DNA of 64,000 nucleotides from Pyrinomonadaceae bacterium (GCA_041497335.1 JBGQGG010000028.1:7586-71585); one strand, 5' to 3'; counted from the stretch's first letter, positions 27,851-37,729 are shown. The notes: a model not told the origin generated them from the letters alone. Program-made: numbers and translations.

Positions 27851-29443
27851 CTAAGGTGTCCGTTTCTGCGCCCGCGCAAACGCTTTGTCTATCGCCGCGC
27901 GCAGACCATCGGCAGAGTACTCCGAAAGTATCGCGCCATTGATGAAGAAAGTTGGGGTAGCCTCGACGCCGTACACCTCGCCGTCTTCCAGGTCGCGGCG
28001 AATGATGGAATCGTATTTGCCCGCTTCCAATTCAGCGTCGAACCGTTTTCGGTCCAGTCCCACCTGGGTCGCGAATTTCTTTAACGAATCTCCATCGAGC
28101 GAGTTTTGGTTCTTGAACAGAAAATCAATGTACTCCCAGAATTTGCCCTGCGCTTTCGCGGCCTCTGCCGCCTGGGCGGCGTGGAATGCATTCGCATGAG
28201 CTCGGGTCAAAGGAAAGTTGCGAATCACGAAGCGCACGCGAGTGCCGTAAGATTTCAAAACGTCTTCCGCCACGGGATACATCGCGCCACAAGCCGAGCA
28301 CTGAAAATCTGTAAACTCAATGACGGTGACCGCTGCGTTTGGATCGCCGCGTGAGGCTCCGTTGGCGATATCGACATTTAACAAGGGCGGATCGGGTTCT
28401 TTCAAGAAGACTTGTAGTTTGGCGCCCGCCCGCAGTTTGTTAGCGAGGGCGACCTCGAGTTTCTCCTGCTCCTGTTGCTGCAAGTAGGTGATGATGCTGG
28501 TCCGCGCCCCGGCGAGATCTGTTTTGATGTTGGCCTTGTTTTCTTCGTAGAACCTGGAAACCTCGGCTTCGGTTGGCGTCTTGAGCTTGTCGCTAATCTC
28601 GACGCGCACAATTTCTTCCGGGCCGATTTTCCGCTTGTTTGCTTCGGCGACGATCAGGAGATCGTTAATGCGGCGATCGAGCACGTCCTTGCGCACGGCA
28701 TAGATACGCATTTCCAGTTTGTAAACATAGGCCTTCGTGCGTTCATTGATTGTTTCGACGCGGAGCGGCTCGCCGTTGACGGCGGCCAGGACAGTGCCCG
28801 GGGCCAGCTTCGGCGCATTCACGTCCGCGTTCTTGTTGACTGCGTTGGTCATCTTCAGGCGATTGATCAGCGCCGCATACAACTCCTGACTGCGCTGGTT
28901 GCGGATGTAATTGATCAAATCGGCCCGCACCGATTCCAGATCTGCCGATCCGATCTGATTGCGATTGGCGTCATAGGCCGCTTTGATCTGCTGTTCGGTT
29001 GGGGCCGGTATGCGGGAGTTAATCTCCGTTTCGACTATCTCATCCGAAGATTTCCCCCGCTTTTTCGCTTCGGCCGCAATCAGCAGAGAATTGATGCGCG
29101 CATCAAGCGCGCGCTGCCGGGCTTCCTTAGTTTCTTTTTCCGGATCCAGATAATAGGCACGCACGTAAGGATCGATATCGCTGAGAATCGCCGTCGTCAC
29201 CTGGTCTTCAATGTCGGTCGCTGAAATCGTAACGTCATTAACAACCGCGAGCGTCGTGGGCGCCAGCGCGGCGGGCGGGGTCGGCGAAGGTTGTGCCGCC
29301 GATGTTTTATTGGGCGGGGTCGCAGTGGGTGTCGGCTTCGCGGCCGGCGCTCGCGGCGTTGTTCCACGGCGCGGCGACTGCGCCGCCAGGCTCAGCGCCA
29401 CGACACAAATTATTCCGGCAACGTTAACTCTTCGTAGGTTCAT
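27851..29443 (-). CDS. secreted fusion: two SurA-N-like chaperone modules plus a DsbA/thioredoxin domain
   Basis: 530 aa. Signal peptide, Pro/Thr/Ala linker, two alignable modules of about 130 aa (RINSLLIAAEAKKRG / RINDLLIVAEANKRK), then FTDFQCSACG (CxxC). Confidence 0.75.
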   Translation of the reverse strand: MNLRRVNVAGIICVVALSLAAQSPRRGTTPRAPAAKPTPTATPPNKTSAAQPSPTPPAALAPTTLAVVNDVTISATDIEDQVTTAILSDIDPYVRAYYLDPEKETKEARQRALDARINSLLIAAEAKKRGKSSDEIVETEINSRIPAPTEQQIKAAYDANRNQIGSADLESVRADLINYIRNQRSQELYAALINRLKMTNAVNKNADVNAPKLAPGTVLAAVNGEPLRVETINERTKAYVYKLEMRIYAVRKDVLDRRINDLLIVAEANKRKIGPEEIVRVEISDKLKTPTEAEVSRFYEENKANIKTDLAGARTSIITYLQQQEQEKLEVALANKLRAGAKLQVFLKEPDPPLLNVDIANGASRGDPNAAVTVIEFTDFQCSACGAMYPVAEDVLKSYGTRVRFVIRNFPLTRAHANAFHAAQAAEAAKAQGKFWEYIDFLFKNQNSLDGDSLKKFATQVGLDRKRFDAELEAGKYDSIIRRDLEDGEVYGVEATPTFFINGAILSEYSADGLRAAIDKAFARAQKRTP

Positions 29444-29568
29444 GAAAGCAACTTTCTGCTGGGAGCGCGGACGTCTCGTCCGCTACACCGTGTGCCGCAC
29501 GCTCACTTCCCGGGTAATCTAGTGTAATGATGATATGTGATTGCGCTCCGACCGCAAAACGAAGGAAG

Positions 29569-29629
29569 TAGCCACAGATGAAGACGGATTGGCACAGAAT
29601 CCGTGTCTATCTGTGTCAATCTGTGGCTA
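29569..29629. repeat. nested palindrome overlapping the ligase stop codon
   Basis: TAGCCACAGAT at 29569-29579 pairs with ATCTGTGGCTA at 29619-29629. Inner stem ACGGATT/AATCCGT. Confidence 0.75.
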
Positions 29630-31309
29630 ACTCCCCGCCAACTTCCGTACCGTTTCAAGCGTGTCAATATCTTCAACATTCTTGTCCGGTCTCAGTCGCA
29701 CGATGCGCGGAAAGCGCAGCGCGTAGCCGCTTTTGTGGCGGTTTGATGGCTGCACGCGGTCAAAAGTTACCTCCAAAACGATGCGCGGTTCGACCACTCG
29801 CACGCGGCCGTGGGCGAACTCCTGGAGGGTATGACTGCGGAACCACTCGGTCATCTCGGCGATTTCTACGTCGGTCAGCCCCGAATAAGCCTTGCCGATG
29901 TTGAGCAATTCGCCATCTTTTTCCGAACGTCGCACGGCAAAGGTGTAATCCGAAAGCACGCTGCGCCGCTTGCCGTGACCGAGTTCGACCGTAGTGACAA
30001 CCACGTCCAGGGCCGCCAGCGCGCGCTTCAACTTGAGCCATTCGCGCCCACGGCGCCCCGGCTTGTAGAGCGACGCCGGATCTTTGATCATCAAGCCTTC
30101 GTTGCCGCGCGCCCGCGCCGCGTCAAACTCATCGTCGAGCGCCGCCGCCTCGCTGAATCTTTTGGCTTGCGACAAGCGCAGCGTTCCAGCAGCTTCCCGC
30201 CTCTTACCGCGAACGGTTCCGTACCCGCTGAAGAGTTCTTCAAGGATTGTCCGCCGCGCATGCAGCGGATCATTTATCAGCACGCGGCCGGTCGCATACA
30301 AAACATCCCAGGCGACGAACACGACTGGTGTGCTGGCCAGCAACTCCTCGCTGACGGTCTTACGGCCCAGACGCTTTTGCAGATCGCTGAAGGGTAGAAT
30401 TTCTTCGTCGCGTGCGGTAATAATCTCGCCATCCATAATTACGTCGGTCGGGAGTTCGGCCAGCGGTGCATGTAACTCCGGAAACCGAATCGAAATCTCA
30501 TCAAGCGTCCGGGAAAAAATCGCGACACGCCCGTCCTGGACGTGAGCCTGCGCGCGAATGCCATCAAACTTGTCTTCGACAAAGAATTCACCGGGCATTG
30601 TGCGCGCGATGTCCGCTAGATCCGACGCCGGCGTGGCCAGCATGGATTTCAACGGATGAAACAAACGCATCTCGACATTTTGCAAATCACCGGCGCGGGC
30701 CCGGACCGCAGCTTCACCAATATCACCCCGCAGCATGTTGGCTAACGAAACTTCGGCCAGCGGTTGTTTGAAAGCTCGCGCGATCGCGTCTTCCACCAGA
30801 CCCTCGCGCAATCCGATGCGCAAGTCTCCAGAAAGCAGCTTTACCAGATACTTTGCTTCCAGCGCAGTCGCGGGGGACAGCGCCTCGGTCAGGAGTTTGG
30901 TCTTGGCATTTTTCCCGCGGGTGACGCTCAGACGCGCCAGCAGGTTTTCGGTTTCCCGGAGCGAGAGACTTGGGCTGTTGTTGGGCTTAGCTTCACAGAA
31001 AACTTCGAACGCCACGTCGCCGCCGTCGCCCCAGCGGGCGTAACGCGGGCCCAGACTTTCGGGCGCAATCCGCGTGGCTTTGCACAAAGCTTCGCTCAGA
31101 ATGCTGCCACCGACGTTGGTCGTACGCGCGTCGCTTAACGCGAACTGCTGTCCGGCAAAATAACGCGCGGCGCGGGCGAGATCGTCGTCGGTGAGTTGCT
31201 GAAAATACTCACCTAACAAGGCGGCCTTTTCGAGTTTCTTTGTGGTGGCGGCGACGGCCTCGGCCGTTTTGGCGAAGTGTTCGAGGGAGTTTGGCGGAAG
31301 CGCGCTCAT
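29627..31309 (-). CDS. ATP-dependent DNA ligase with N-terminal DNA-binding domain
   Basis: 560 aa. Motif I EDKFDGIR, EGLMIKD, REWLKLK. Confidence 0.9.
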   Translation of the reverse strand: MSALPPNSLEHFAKTAEAVAATTKKLEKAALLGEYFQQLTDDDLARAARYFAGQQFALSDARTTNVGGSILSEALCKATRIAPESLGPRYARWGDGGDVAFEVFCEAKPNNSPSLSLRETENLLARLSVTRGKNAKTKLLTEALSPATALEAKYLVKLLSGDLRIGLREGLVEDAIARAFKQPLAEVSLANMLRGDIGEAAVRARAGDLQNVEMRLFHPLKSMLATPASDLADIARTMPGEFFVEDKFDGIRAQAHVQDGRVAIFSRTLDEISIRFPELHAPLAELPTDVIMDGEIITARDEEILPFSDLQKRLGRKTVSEELLASTPVVFVAWDVLYATGRVLINDPLHARRTILEELFSGYGTVRGKRREAAGTLRLSQAKRFSEAAALDDEFDAARARGNEGLMIKDPASLYKPGRRGREWLKLKRALAALDVVVTTVELGHGKRRSVLSDYTFAVRRSEKDGELLNIGKAYSGLTDVEIAEMTEWFRSHTLQEFAHGRVRVVEPRIVLEVTFDRVQPSNRHKSGYALRFPRIVRLRPDKNVEDIDTLETVRKLAGS

Positions 31310-31318
31310 GTCTAAGAT

Positions 31319-32245
31319 CTATCGTACGCGCACTGCTTGCGTTTCGTCCGGCGCGCCGAATATTTCGGGATGAAGAATCCGCGCGAGTATTTCGACGCCC
31401 TCAACTACGCGGGGACCGGGACGGCTGAAATACGAAGTCGCATCGGTGGCCCAGACTTCACCGCGCTTGACCGCCGGCAGATCCTTCCAGCCGGCGGGCA
31501 AATTCGCGCCGGGCAATTGCCGCAGGATGTCTTTTTTGTAGTATCCGCAGGGAATCAGCACGATAACTTCCGGTGCGTAGGCGCTAATCTCTTCGGCGGT
31601 CGTGGTCACGCTGCGCTGACCCGCTCTGCCAAACGCGTGATCGCCACCGGCAATCTCAACCTGTTCGGGAACCCAATGACCCGGCGCAAAAGCAGGTTCC
31701 AGCCATTCGAGCATCAACGTTCGCGGATGCCGATCAACTTGCGCAGTTGCTTCTCTAACGCGATCGAGGCGGCAGGTCAATTCGCCGACAAGTCTGTCAG
31801 CTTCGCTCTTCTGTCCGGTAAGCTCGCCAACCAGGCGAATGTTTTCAAAGATGTCGCCGATCGTATTCGGCTCGAGCGAAACGACCTGCACGTCCGCTGC
31901 GAACATGCGTGCGGCGCGCTCGACGGTTTTGTAGCTGACCGCGCAGACTTCGCATAGCTCCTGGGTCAGGATCAGATCGGGTTTCAATTCGCGCAGCCTG
32001 TCTTCGTCGAGATCGTAAATCGATCCATGCCCATCCAGGTTCGAACGCACGGCGTGATCGATTTCCTTGCTGGTCATCGTTTCGTGAGAGATCCGGCTGG
32101 AAGTCAGCCGGGGTTTGTCGACCACCGAAGGCGGATAGTCGCATTCGTGCGTAATGCCGACCAGGGCGTCTTCCAGTCCGAGAGCGCAGACAATCTCAGT
32201 TGTCGAGGGCAACAAAGAAACGATTCGTATGGGCGCGTTCGACAT
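31319..32245 (-). CDS. BtuF/FhuD-type periplasmic-binding-protein fold, no evident signal peptide
   Basis: 308 aa. IRIVSLLPSTTEIVCALGLEDALVGITHECDYP is typical of the cobalamin/siderophore binding-protein family. Starts 9 nt upstream of the ligase. Confidence 0.65.
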   Translation of the reverse strand: MSNAPIRIVSLLPSTTEIVCALGLEDALVGITHECDYPPSVVDKPRLTSSRISHETMTSKEIDHAVRSNLDGHGSIYDLDEDRLRELKPDLILTQELCEVCAVSYKTVERAARMFAADVQVVSLEPNTIGDIFENIRLVGELTGQKSEADRLVGELTCRLDRVREATAQVDRHPRTLMLEWLEPAFAPGHWVPEQVEIAGGDHAFGRAGQRSVTTTAEEISAYAPEVIVLIPCGYYKKDILRQLPGANLPAGWKDLPAVKRGEVWATDATSYFSRPGPRVVEGVEILARILHPEIFGAPDETQAVRVR

Positions 32246-32313
32246 GGAAACACAGATTGAGGGAGCAGAGTTGGACTGTCAAGAAGGACGCCCGGTGATT
32301 CGGTCACTTCTGA

Positions 32314-32421
32314 TCTCATTAGCACCTCGCTTCAGCAAGGTGACTCGGAAAGACAGAATTGATCCATACCCGGTGGCGGATTGGCGCCTTAACACCTCGC
32401 TGAAGCGAGGTGCTAATGAGA
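32314..32421. repeat. inverted pair of the GCTGAAGCGAGGTGCTAATGAGA REP
   Basis: TCTCATTAGCACCTCGCTTCAGC at 32314-32336 and GCTGAAGCGAGGTGCTAATGAGA at 32399-32421. Confidence 0.8.
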
Positions 32422-32551
32422 CAGCGCGAAATCCTTGTGTGAGGAACATTGACGTTCACGGGTTCTGTACTGTCGGTTGCCGACCGCGCTACAATCTATT
32501 CCCCGCGGCCAATGCATCAAAGGGCATCAAGGCCGTTTGAAAGGTAACACA

Positions 32552-32989
32552 GTGTTTCTCTTGATTCTGGATTCTGTGGGCAATTCCGAACTGCTGCTGA
32601 TTCTGGCCGCAGCCTTGATTTTTTTCGGGCCCCGCCGCCTGCCGCAACTCAGCCGTAAGCTTGGCAAGAGCTTGACCGAGTTCCGCCGTGCTTCCGAGGA
32701 TTTCAAACGGACCTGGGAGCGCGAGGTGAACATTGAAGATGTCGGCAAAGGAATAGAGCCGCGAACGGAGAACTCAATTCTCGACCGGGCTACAGAACGC
32801 ATCCGCGCCGCGCGCGAAGCAACGTCGCTCGATTCCAATCCACCGGAACCGGCCGCTTCGGTAATCACGCCGTCCATCACCGCGGTTGACCCGTCGTTGG
32901 TGCAACCGCGAGAATCCAACCCGCGAGGGGAGACCGCACCGAGCGATGAATCCAACAGTCAACCCGGCAGCAAACACGACTGGCTGTAA
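32552..32989 (+). CDS. tatA: twin-arginine translocase TatA/TatB-family protein
   Basis: NSELLLILAAALIFFGPRRLPQLSRKLGKSLTEFRRA. GTG start at 32552 or 32576. The long acidic/Pro-rich tail could equally be TatB-like. Confidence 0.8.
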   Translation: MFLLILDSVGNSELLLILAAALIFFGPRRLPQLSRKLGKSLTEFRRASEDFKRTWEREVNIEDVGKGIEPRTENSILDRATERIRAAREATSLDSNPPEPAASVITPSITAVDPSLVQPRESNPRGETAPSDESNSQPGSKHDWL

Positions 32990-33030
32990 TCAATGAAACG
33001 CAGACCGAAAGTCCGTGCCACTCGATAGTA

Positions 33031-34107
33031 ATGCCCCGCTTCCAACGAAGAAAATCAGATGAAGAGAACGAGGCCGGCGAGGAAGAACTCGGCGGGCAGA
33101 TGTCCTTTCTCGAACATCTGGACGAACTGCGCAAGCGGCTCATTCGCTCGATCGTCTTTGTCTTTGTCGCGGCCATGCTCTGCTGGTTCGTGTCCGGTCG
33201 CATCTACAACTTTCTGGCGCGGCCCGTCCTGCGCGCCCTAGCCGAAGCTCAGCAGCACCGGAGCGTCACGATCGCCGGACTAAACGGACAGGTTTCGATA
33301 GTTCCGCTCAGTTCACTGAAGCCGAATGACAAGCTTCGATTTGTGTTCCCAGATGCCACGAAGTTAGGTCCAGTTTCAATTCCGGCCGGGGCCTCAGTCA
33401 TGGCCCGCGTCGACAAAGACAGTCAGGGGAATTTCGGACTCTACACCGATGAGCTTCTGTCCGCCGGTAACGAAGTGGTGCCGAAAGACGTGAAGTTGCC
33501 GATCGACCTGACTAAGGGCTATGACAAGCTGCCTGACGTCAACGACAAGTTGGTAGTGACAACCGCGCTCGAGCCTTTCGCCCTTTACGTGAAAGTATCT
33601 TTGTATGCGGCCATTGGGCTGTCGGTGCCGTTCCTGCTCTGGCAGATCTGGGCCTTCGTCTCGCCGGGGCTTTATCCGCATGAGCGAAAATACGTCACGC
33701 CCTTCATAAGTTTGTCCAGCATCTTTTTCGTTCTCGGCGCGGCGACCGCGTATTACCTGATCTTTCCACCGGCGGCGAAGTACCTGCTCGGGCTGGGCCA
33801 GGATTTTCGGCTGCTGCTGAAGGCCGACGACTACTTCGATTTCATAATTCTGTTGATGTTGGGGATGGGGTTGGTGGCCCAGATGCCGGCGATCACCTAC
33901 GTGTTGTCGCGGATTGGTCTGGTTACCGCCGGCTGGATGTTGCGAGTCTGGCGGATGGCCGTAGTTATCATTTTGATCGTGGCGGCCGTCCTGTCGCCAA
34001 CCAACGACGTGCCCAACATGTTGCTGTTTGCTGCGCCCATGTTTGTGCTTTACGTGATCTCCATCATCGTGGCCTGGATCTGCGGCCGGGAACGCCGGGC
34101 GGCTTAA
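33031..34107 (+). CDS. tatC: twin-arginine translocase subunit TatC with a large loop insertion
   Basis: MSFLEHLDELRKRLIRSIV and six TM helices. About 100 extra residues between TM1 and TM2. Start 33031 or 33100. Confidence 0.85.
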   Translation: MPRFQRRKSDEENEAGEEELGGQMSFLEHLDELRKRLIRSIVFVFVAAMLCWFVSGRIYNFLARPVLRALAEAQQHRSVTIAGLNGQVSIVPLSSLKPNDKLRFVFPDATKLGPVSIPAGASVMARVDKDSQGNFGLYTDELLSAGNEVVPKDVKLPIDLTKGYDKLPDVNDKLVVTTALEPFALYVKVSLYAAIGLSVPFLLWQIWAFVSPGLYPHERKYVTPFISLSSIFFVLGAATAYYLIFPPAAKYLLGLGQDFRLLLKADDYFDFIILLMLGMGLVAQMPAITYVLSRIGLVTAGWMLRVWRMAVVIILIVAAVLSPTNDVPNMLLFAAPMFVLYVISIIVAWICGRERRAA

Positions 34108-34113
34108 ACGCTT

Positions 34114-34218
34114 CATTTTCCATATATCATTTGCAATTTGTCAGTTTCTCATTGGATTCCCAGTCCGAGGCCAATCGGAAATGACAAATGTGAAATGGAA
34201 AATGACGAATGGAAAATG
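34114..34218. repeat. stutter palindrome (CATTTTCCAT / ATGGAAAATG units) after tatC
   Basis: CATTTTCCATATATCATTTGCAATTTGTCAGTTTC opposed to GGAAATGACAAATGTGAAATGGAAAATGACGAATGGAAAATG. Confidence 0.75.
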
Positions 34219-34381
34219 CGAGTCTCCGGTTCCATAAGGCAACTGGGTGCCCTTTTCATCGCATCATCTTGACTCTGGATCGAGCCAAACTTAGAATCCA
34301 TATACGATTCGTGTCCGCGTACATCCAGGACTAACGCGCAAGTCGGTAAATTTCCCAAAGCTACGGTAGGAGTAATTCACT

Positions 34382-36007
34382 ATGCCACATCGCAGAATCG
34401 ACCGCCTGGCTATCGTTCTACTAGCCCTCACTTTTGCCGTGCCCTCGGGCCTGGCGCAAAAGAACAAGAACGATCAGGGCCAGGACCCTTCGGAAAAGCA
34501 GCGCAACGTGAAGGTGGAACTGAAGAAGGCTTACAAAGATTGGTTGGACAAGGACGTCGCATACATCATCACTGACGAAGAACGGAAGGCCTTTAAGAAG
34601 CTGGAAACCGACGACGAGCGCGAGCGTTTCATTGAAGAGTTTTGGCGCCGTCGCGATCCCGACCCGGACACTGATGAAAACGAGTTTCGCGAGGAGTATT
34701 ACGAGCGCATCGCTTATGCCAACGAGCATTATGCTTCCGGCATTCCGGGCTGGAAGACCGATCGCGGCCGCATCTATATCACCTGGGGCAAACCCGACGA
34801 GGTCGAAAGCCATCCCTCGGGCGGTACCTATAACCGCGAGTCCTACGAGGGCGGCGGCTCAACCTCAACGTATCCATTCGAAAGATGGTTCTATCGTTAC
34901 CTCCCGGGCGTAGGTTCCGGCATTGAGATCGAGTTTGTCGATCCGACGGGCAGCGGTGAATACCGCATTGCCCGCAATCCGGACGAGAAGGATGCGTTGT
35001 TGCACGTGCCCGGAGCCGGACTGACACTCGCGGAAGAGATGGGCCTCGCTGATAAGGGAGATCGCATCTCGAACATCGGTGGTATCGGCAATCCCAACTA
35101 CATGCGAGAAGCGGACAGCCCGTTTACGCGTTTGCAGATCCTGGCCGACTTGAGCCGGCCACCCGCGATCAAGTTTAGCGATCTGGCTTCCGCGGTTAAC
35201 ACCCCGATCATCGAAGACAATCCCTTGAACTTTGACGTGCGCGTAGACTTCTTTCGCCAGTCTGACGAGCGCGTGATCACCGCCTTTACCATTCAGACCG
35301 ACAACCAGAACCTGGTGTTTCAGGACAGCGGTGGTTTACAACAGGCACAACTGAACATCTTTGGAAAGATCACGCATGTTTCGGGTCGGCGCGCCGGCAT
35401 TTTTGAGGATCCGGTGATTACCCGCGCCACACCGCAGGAGTTAACCGAAGCGAAAGAGCGCAAGTCTGCCTATCAAAAAGCGGTGGTCCTTTCTCCGGGG
35501 CGATACCGCGTCGACGTGATCGTTCGCGACATCGCATCGGGCGCTACCGGCGTGCGGCACGTGGGCTTTGAAGTGCCAAAATACGATCCGGCCAAGCTGT
35601 CTACCTCGACGCTGATTCTGGCGGTGAAACTTGAAGGGCTGGGCAATCAACCTGCCGTAGGCATGTTCACCATCGGTAACGTGAAGGTTATTCCCAACGT
35701 TTCCGGCTCGTACCATCGCGGCTCGCCGATTGGCCTTTACATGCAAATCTACAACGCCGGCGTGGATCAAACTACGCTGCGTCCTTCGGTGGATGTCGAG
35801 TACGCCCTCATGAAGGACGGCAAAGAGATTGGCAAGCAAATGGAAGACTGGCGCGGGAACAGCGATTCTGGACAGCGGCTGACGCTGGCCCGCTTGCTCG
35901 CCTCGCAGAGCCTGAATCCTGGTGATTACTCGGTCGAAGTTCGCGTCAAAGATCGCGTCAGCGGTCAGGCGCTGGTACAGACGGCGAAGTTCAGCGTACT
36001 TCCGTGA
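34382..36007 (+). CDS. GWxTD domain protein, paralogue 1
   Basis: 541 aa. Signal peptide; EEFWRRRDPDPDTDENEFREEYYERIAYANEHY...GWKTDRGRIYITWGKPDEVE. Confidence 0.8.
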   Translation: MPHRRIDRLAIVLLALTFAVPSGLAQKNKNDQGQDPSEKQRNVKVELKKAYKDWLDKDVAYIITDEERKAFKKLETDDERERFIEEFWRRRDPDPDTDENEFREEYYERIAYANEHYASGIPGWKTDRGRIYITWGKPDEVESHPSGGTYNRESYEGGGSTSTYPFERWFYRYLPGVGSGIEIEFVDPTGSGEYRIARNPDEKDALLHVPGAGLTLAEEMGLADKGDRISNIGGIGNPNYMREADSPFTRLQILADLSRPPAIKFSDLASAVNTPIIEDNPLNFDVRVDFFRQSDERVITAFTIQTDNQNLVFQDSGGLQQAQLNIFGKITHVSGRRAGIFEDPVITRATPQELTEAKERKSAYQKAVVLSPGRYRVDVIVRDIASGATGVRHVGFEVPKYDPAKLSTSTLILAVKLEGLGNQPAVGMFTIGNVKVIPNVSGSYHRGSPIGLYMQIYNAGVDQTTLRPSVDVEYALMKDGKEIGKQMEDWRGNSDSGQRLTLARLLASQSLNPGDYSVEVRVKDRVSGQALVQTAKFSVLP

Positions 36008-36130
36008 CAAGGTTTTCCGACCGGTTCTCGAATTTCGAGGGCCTGTTTTGCTTTAAGCAATTGTCGTCTCCCCGTTTCGGCAATCAGCGCCCTCATAGCG
36101 CTCACTTCTTTCGGAAAGGGGTTGCGCACA

Positions 36131-37729
36131 ATGTCCAATCAGATCACGATCCGCATCTCGATCCTCCTTGTCGTGCTCGCGTTTTTGGTTCCTTCAGTTC
36201 TGGCCCAGAAGAGTTCTCCCAGCCCTGATCCGCAAAACAAGCAACGCCAAGTCAGATCTGAGCCGGCGACTGCCTTCAAGCGATGGGTAGACGACGTCGA
36301 GCCGATCCTCACGCCGGAAGAGTGGAACGCGTGGAAGAAGTTGCAGACAGATGAAGAGCGCGAGCAGTTCATTGACATCTTCTGGCACCGTCGAGACACG
36401 GACCCCGACACTGAAGAGAACGAATATCGCGAAGCCTATTACGAACGGGTCGCGTACGCGAACGAGCATTTCAGCGCGGGCATACCGGGCGTGAAAACCG
36501 ATCGCGGGCGGATCTATCTGAAGTACGGAAAGCCTGATGAAGTCGAATCACATCCTTCGGGCGGCGCTTACACCCTGGCTTCATACGAAGGCACGGGCTC
36601 GACCTCAACGTATCCTTTCGAACTGTGGTGGTATCGCCACCTCCCGGGACGTTCGGACGCTGAGATCGAATTCGTCGATCCGACCGGCAGCGGCGAATAT
36701 CGCATCGCCCGCAATCCTTTCGAGAAAATGGCCTTGCTCAACGTTCCCGGTGGGGCGCCGACTTTTGAGGGAGTAAGCCAGGCCGATGTTGTGGCTGCTG
36801 CGAATGGATTTGGCAATCCGTTTTCGTCGCGCGCAAAGGATGGGGAGTTTGAATGGATGGATCGGATAAGACTGCGCGACGAGGCGCCGCCGGTGAATTT
36901 TGATTCACCCATCGATCGGGTCCCCGGTCCGCTGGTCGAAGACACTTTCATCACGTCAGCGGTTCAGATCAGCTATTTCAAACAGTCCGACGACCGGGTC
37001 ATGGTTGCTTTTACAATCCAGACCGATAACCGGGATCTGGTCTTCCGCGACATCGGCGGCCTTCAATCCGCCCGCCTGAACATCTCTGGCCGCATCACCA
37101 GCGTCGCGGGGCTTCGCGTCGGTTTCTTTGAAGATGCAGTGACAACGACCGCTACCACAACTGAGTTGGTCGAAGCTAAAGAGCGCAAGTCGGCCTATCA
37201 GAAAGCTGTGACGCTGCCGCCGGGTAGATACCGCGTTGATGTGCTGGTGCGCGATGTTGAATCGGGGGCCGCATCGCTTCAGCATGTTGGATTTGCGGTG
37301 CCAAAGTTTGGCGCCAACCTGGCTTCGTCGTCGCTAATCCTCGCGTCGGTGCTCGAGCCGGTTTCCGACCTACCCGCGTCGCGGCAATTCGTGATCGGCG
37401 ACAAGAAAGTAATTCCCAATCTAACGGCTACGTATCATCGCGGAGCGCCCGTCGGGATCTACATGCAGATCTACAATACCGGCATAGATCAAACCACGCT
37501 GCGGCCTTCGGTCGATGTCGAATACGCTTTGACCAAAGACGGCAGGGAAGTAAGCAAGCAGGTTGAGGATTGGCGCGGCGCGAGTACTGCGGGAGATCGT
37601 CTGACGCTGGCGCGTTTGATCGACTCGCGCGGACTGACTCCCGGTGATTATGCGATTGAAGTTCGCGCGCGTGATCGCGTGAGTGGACAGTCTCTGGTAC
37701 AGACGGCGAAGTTTACGATTGTGCGGTAG
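36131..37729 (+). CDS. GWxTD domain protein, paralogue 2
   Basis: ATG at 36131 after GAAAGGGG. Aligns end to end with paralogue 1 (GVKTDRGRIYLKYGKPDEVESHPSGG). Confidence 0.8.
   Translation: MSNQITIRISILLVVLAFLVPSVLAQKSSPSPDPQNKQRQVRSEPATAFKRWVDDVEPILTPEEWNAWKKLQTDEEREQFIDIFWHRRDTDPDTEENEYREAYYERVAYANEHFSAGIPGVKTDRGRIYLKYGKPDEVESHPSGGAYTLASYEGTGSTSTYPFELWWYRHLPGRSDAEIEFVDPTGSGEYRIARNPFEKMALLNVPGGAPTFEGVSQADVVAAANGFGNPFSSRAKDGEFEWMDRIRLRDEAPPVNFDSPIDRVPGPLVEDTFITSAVQISYFKQSDDRVMVAFTIQTDNRDLVFRDIGGLQSARLNISGRITSVAGLRVGFFEDAVTTTATTTELVEAKERKSAYQKAVTLPPGRYRVDVLVRDVESGAASLQHVGFAVPKFGANLASSSLILASVLEPVSDLPASRQFVIGDKKVIPNLTATYHRGAPVGIYMQIYNTGIDQTTLRPSVDVEYALTKDGREVSKQVEDWRGASTAGDRLTLARLIDSRGLTPGDYAIEVRARDRVSGQSLVQTAKFTIVR

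Noticed and set aside
32246-32470. Possible cobalamin riboswitch upstream of the BtuF-like gene
   Set aside because: The structured sequence is the GCTGAAGCGAGGTGCTAATGAGA REP pair, which also occurs at 10049 in an unrelated context. I saw no B12-box-like core. A covariance-model scan would settle it.
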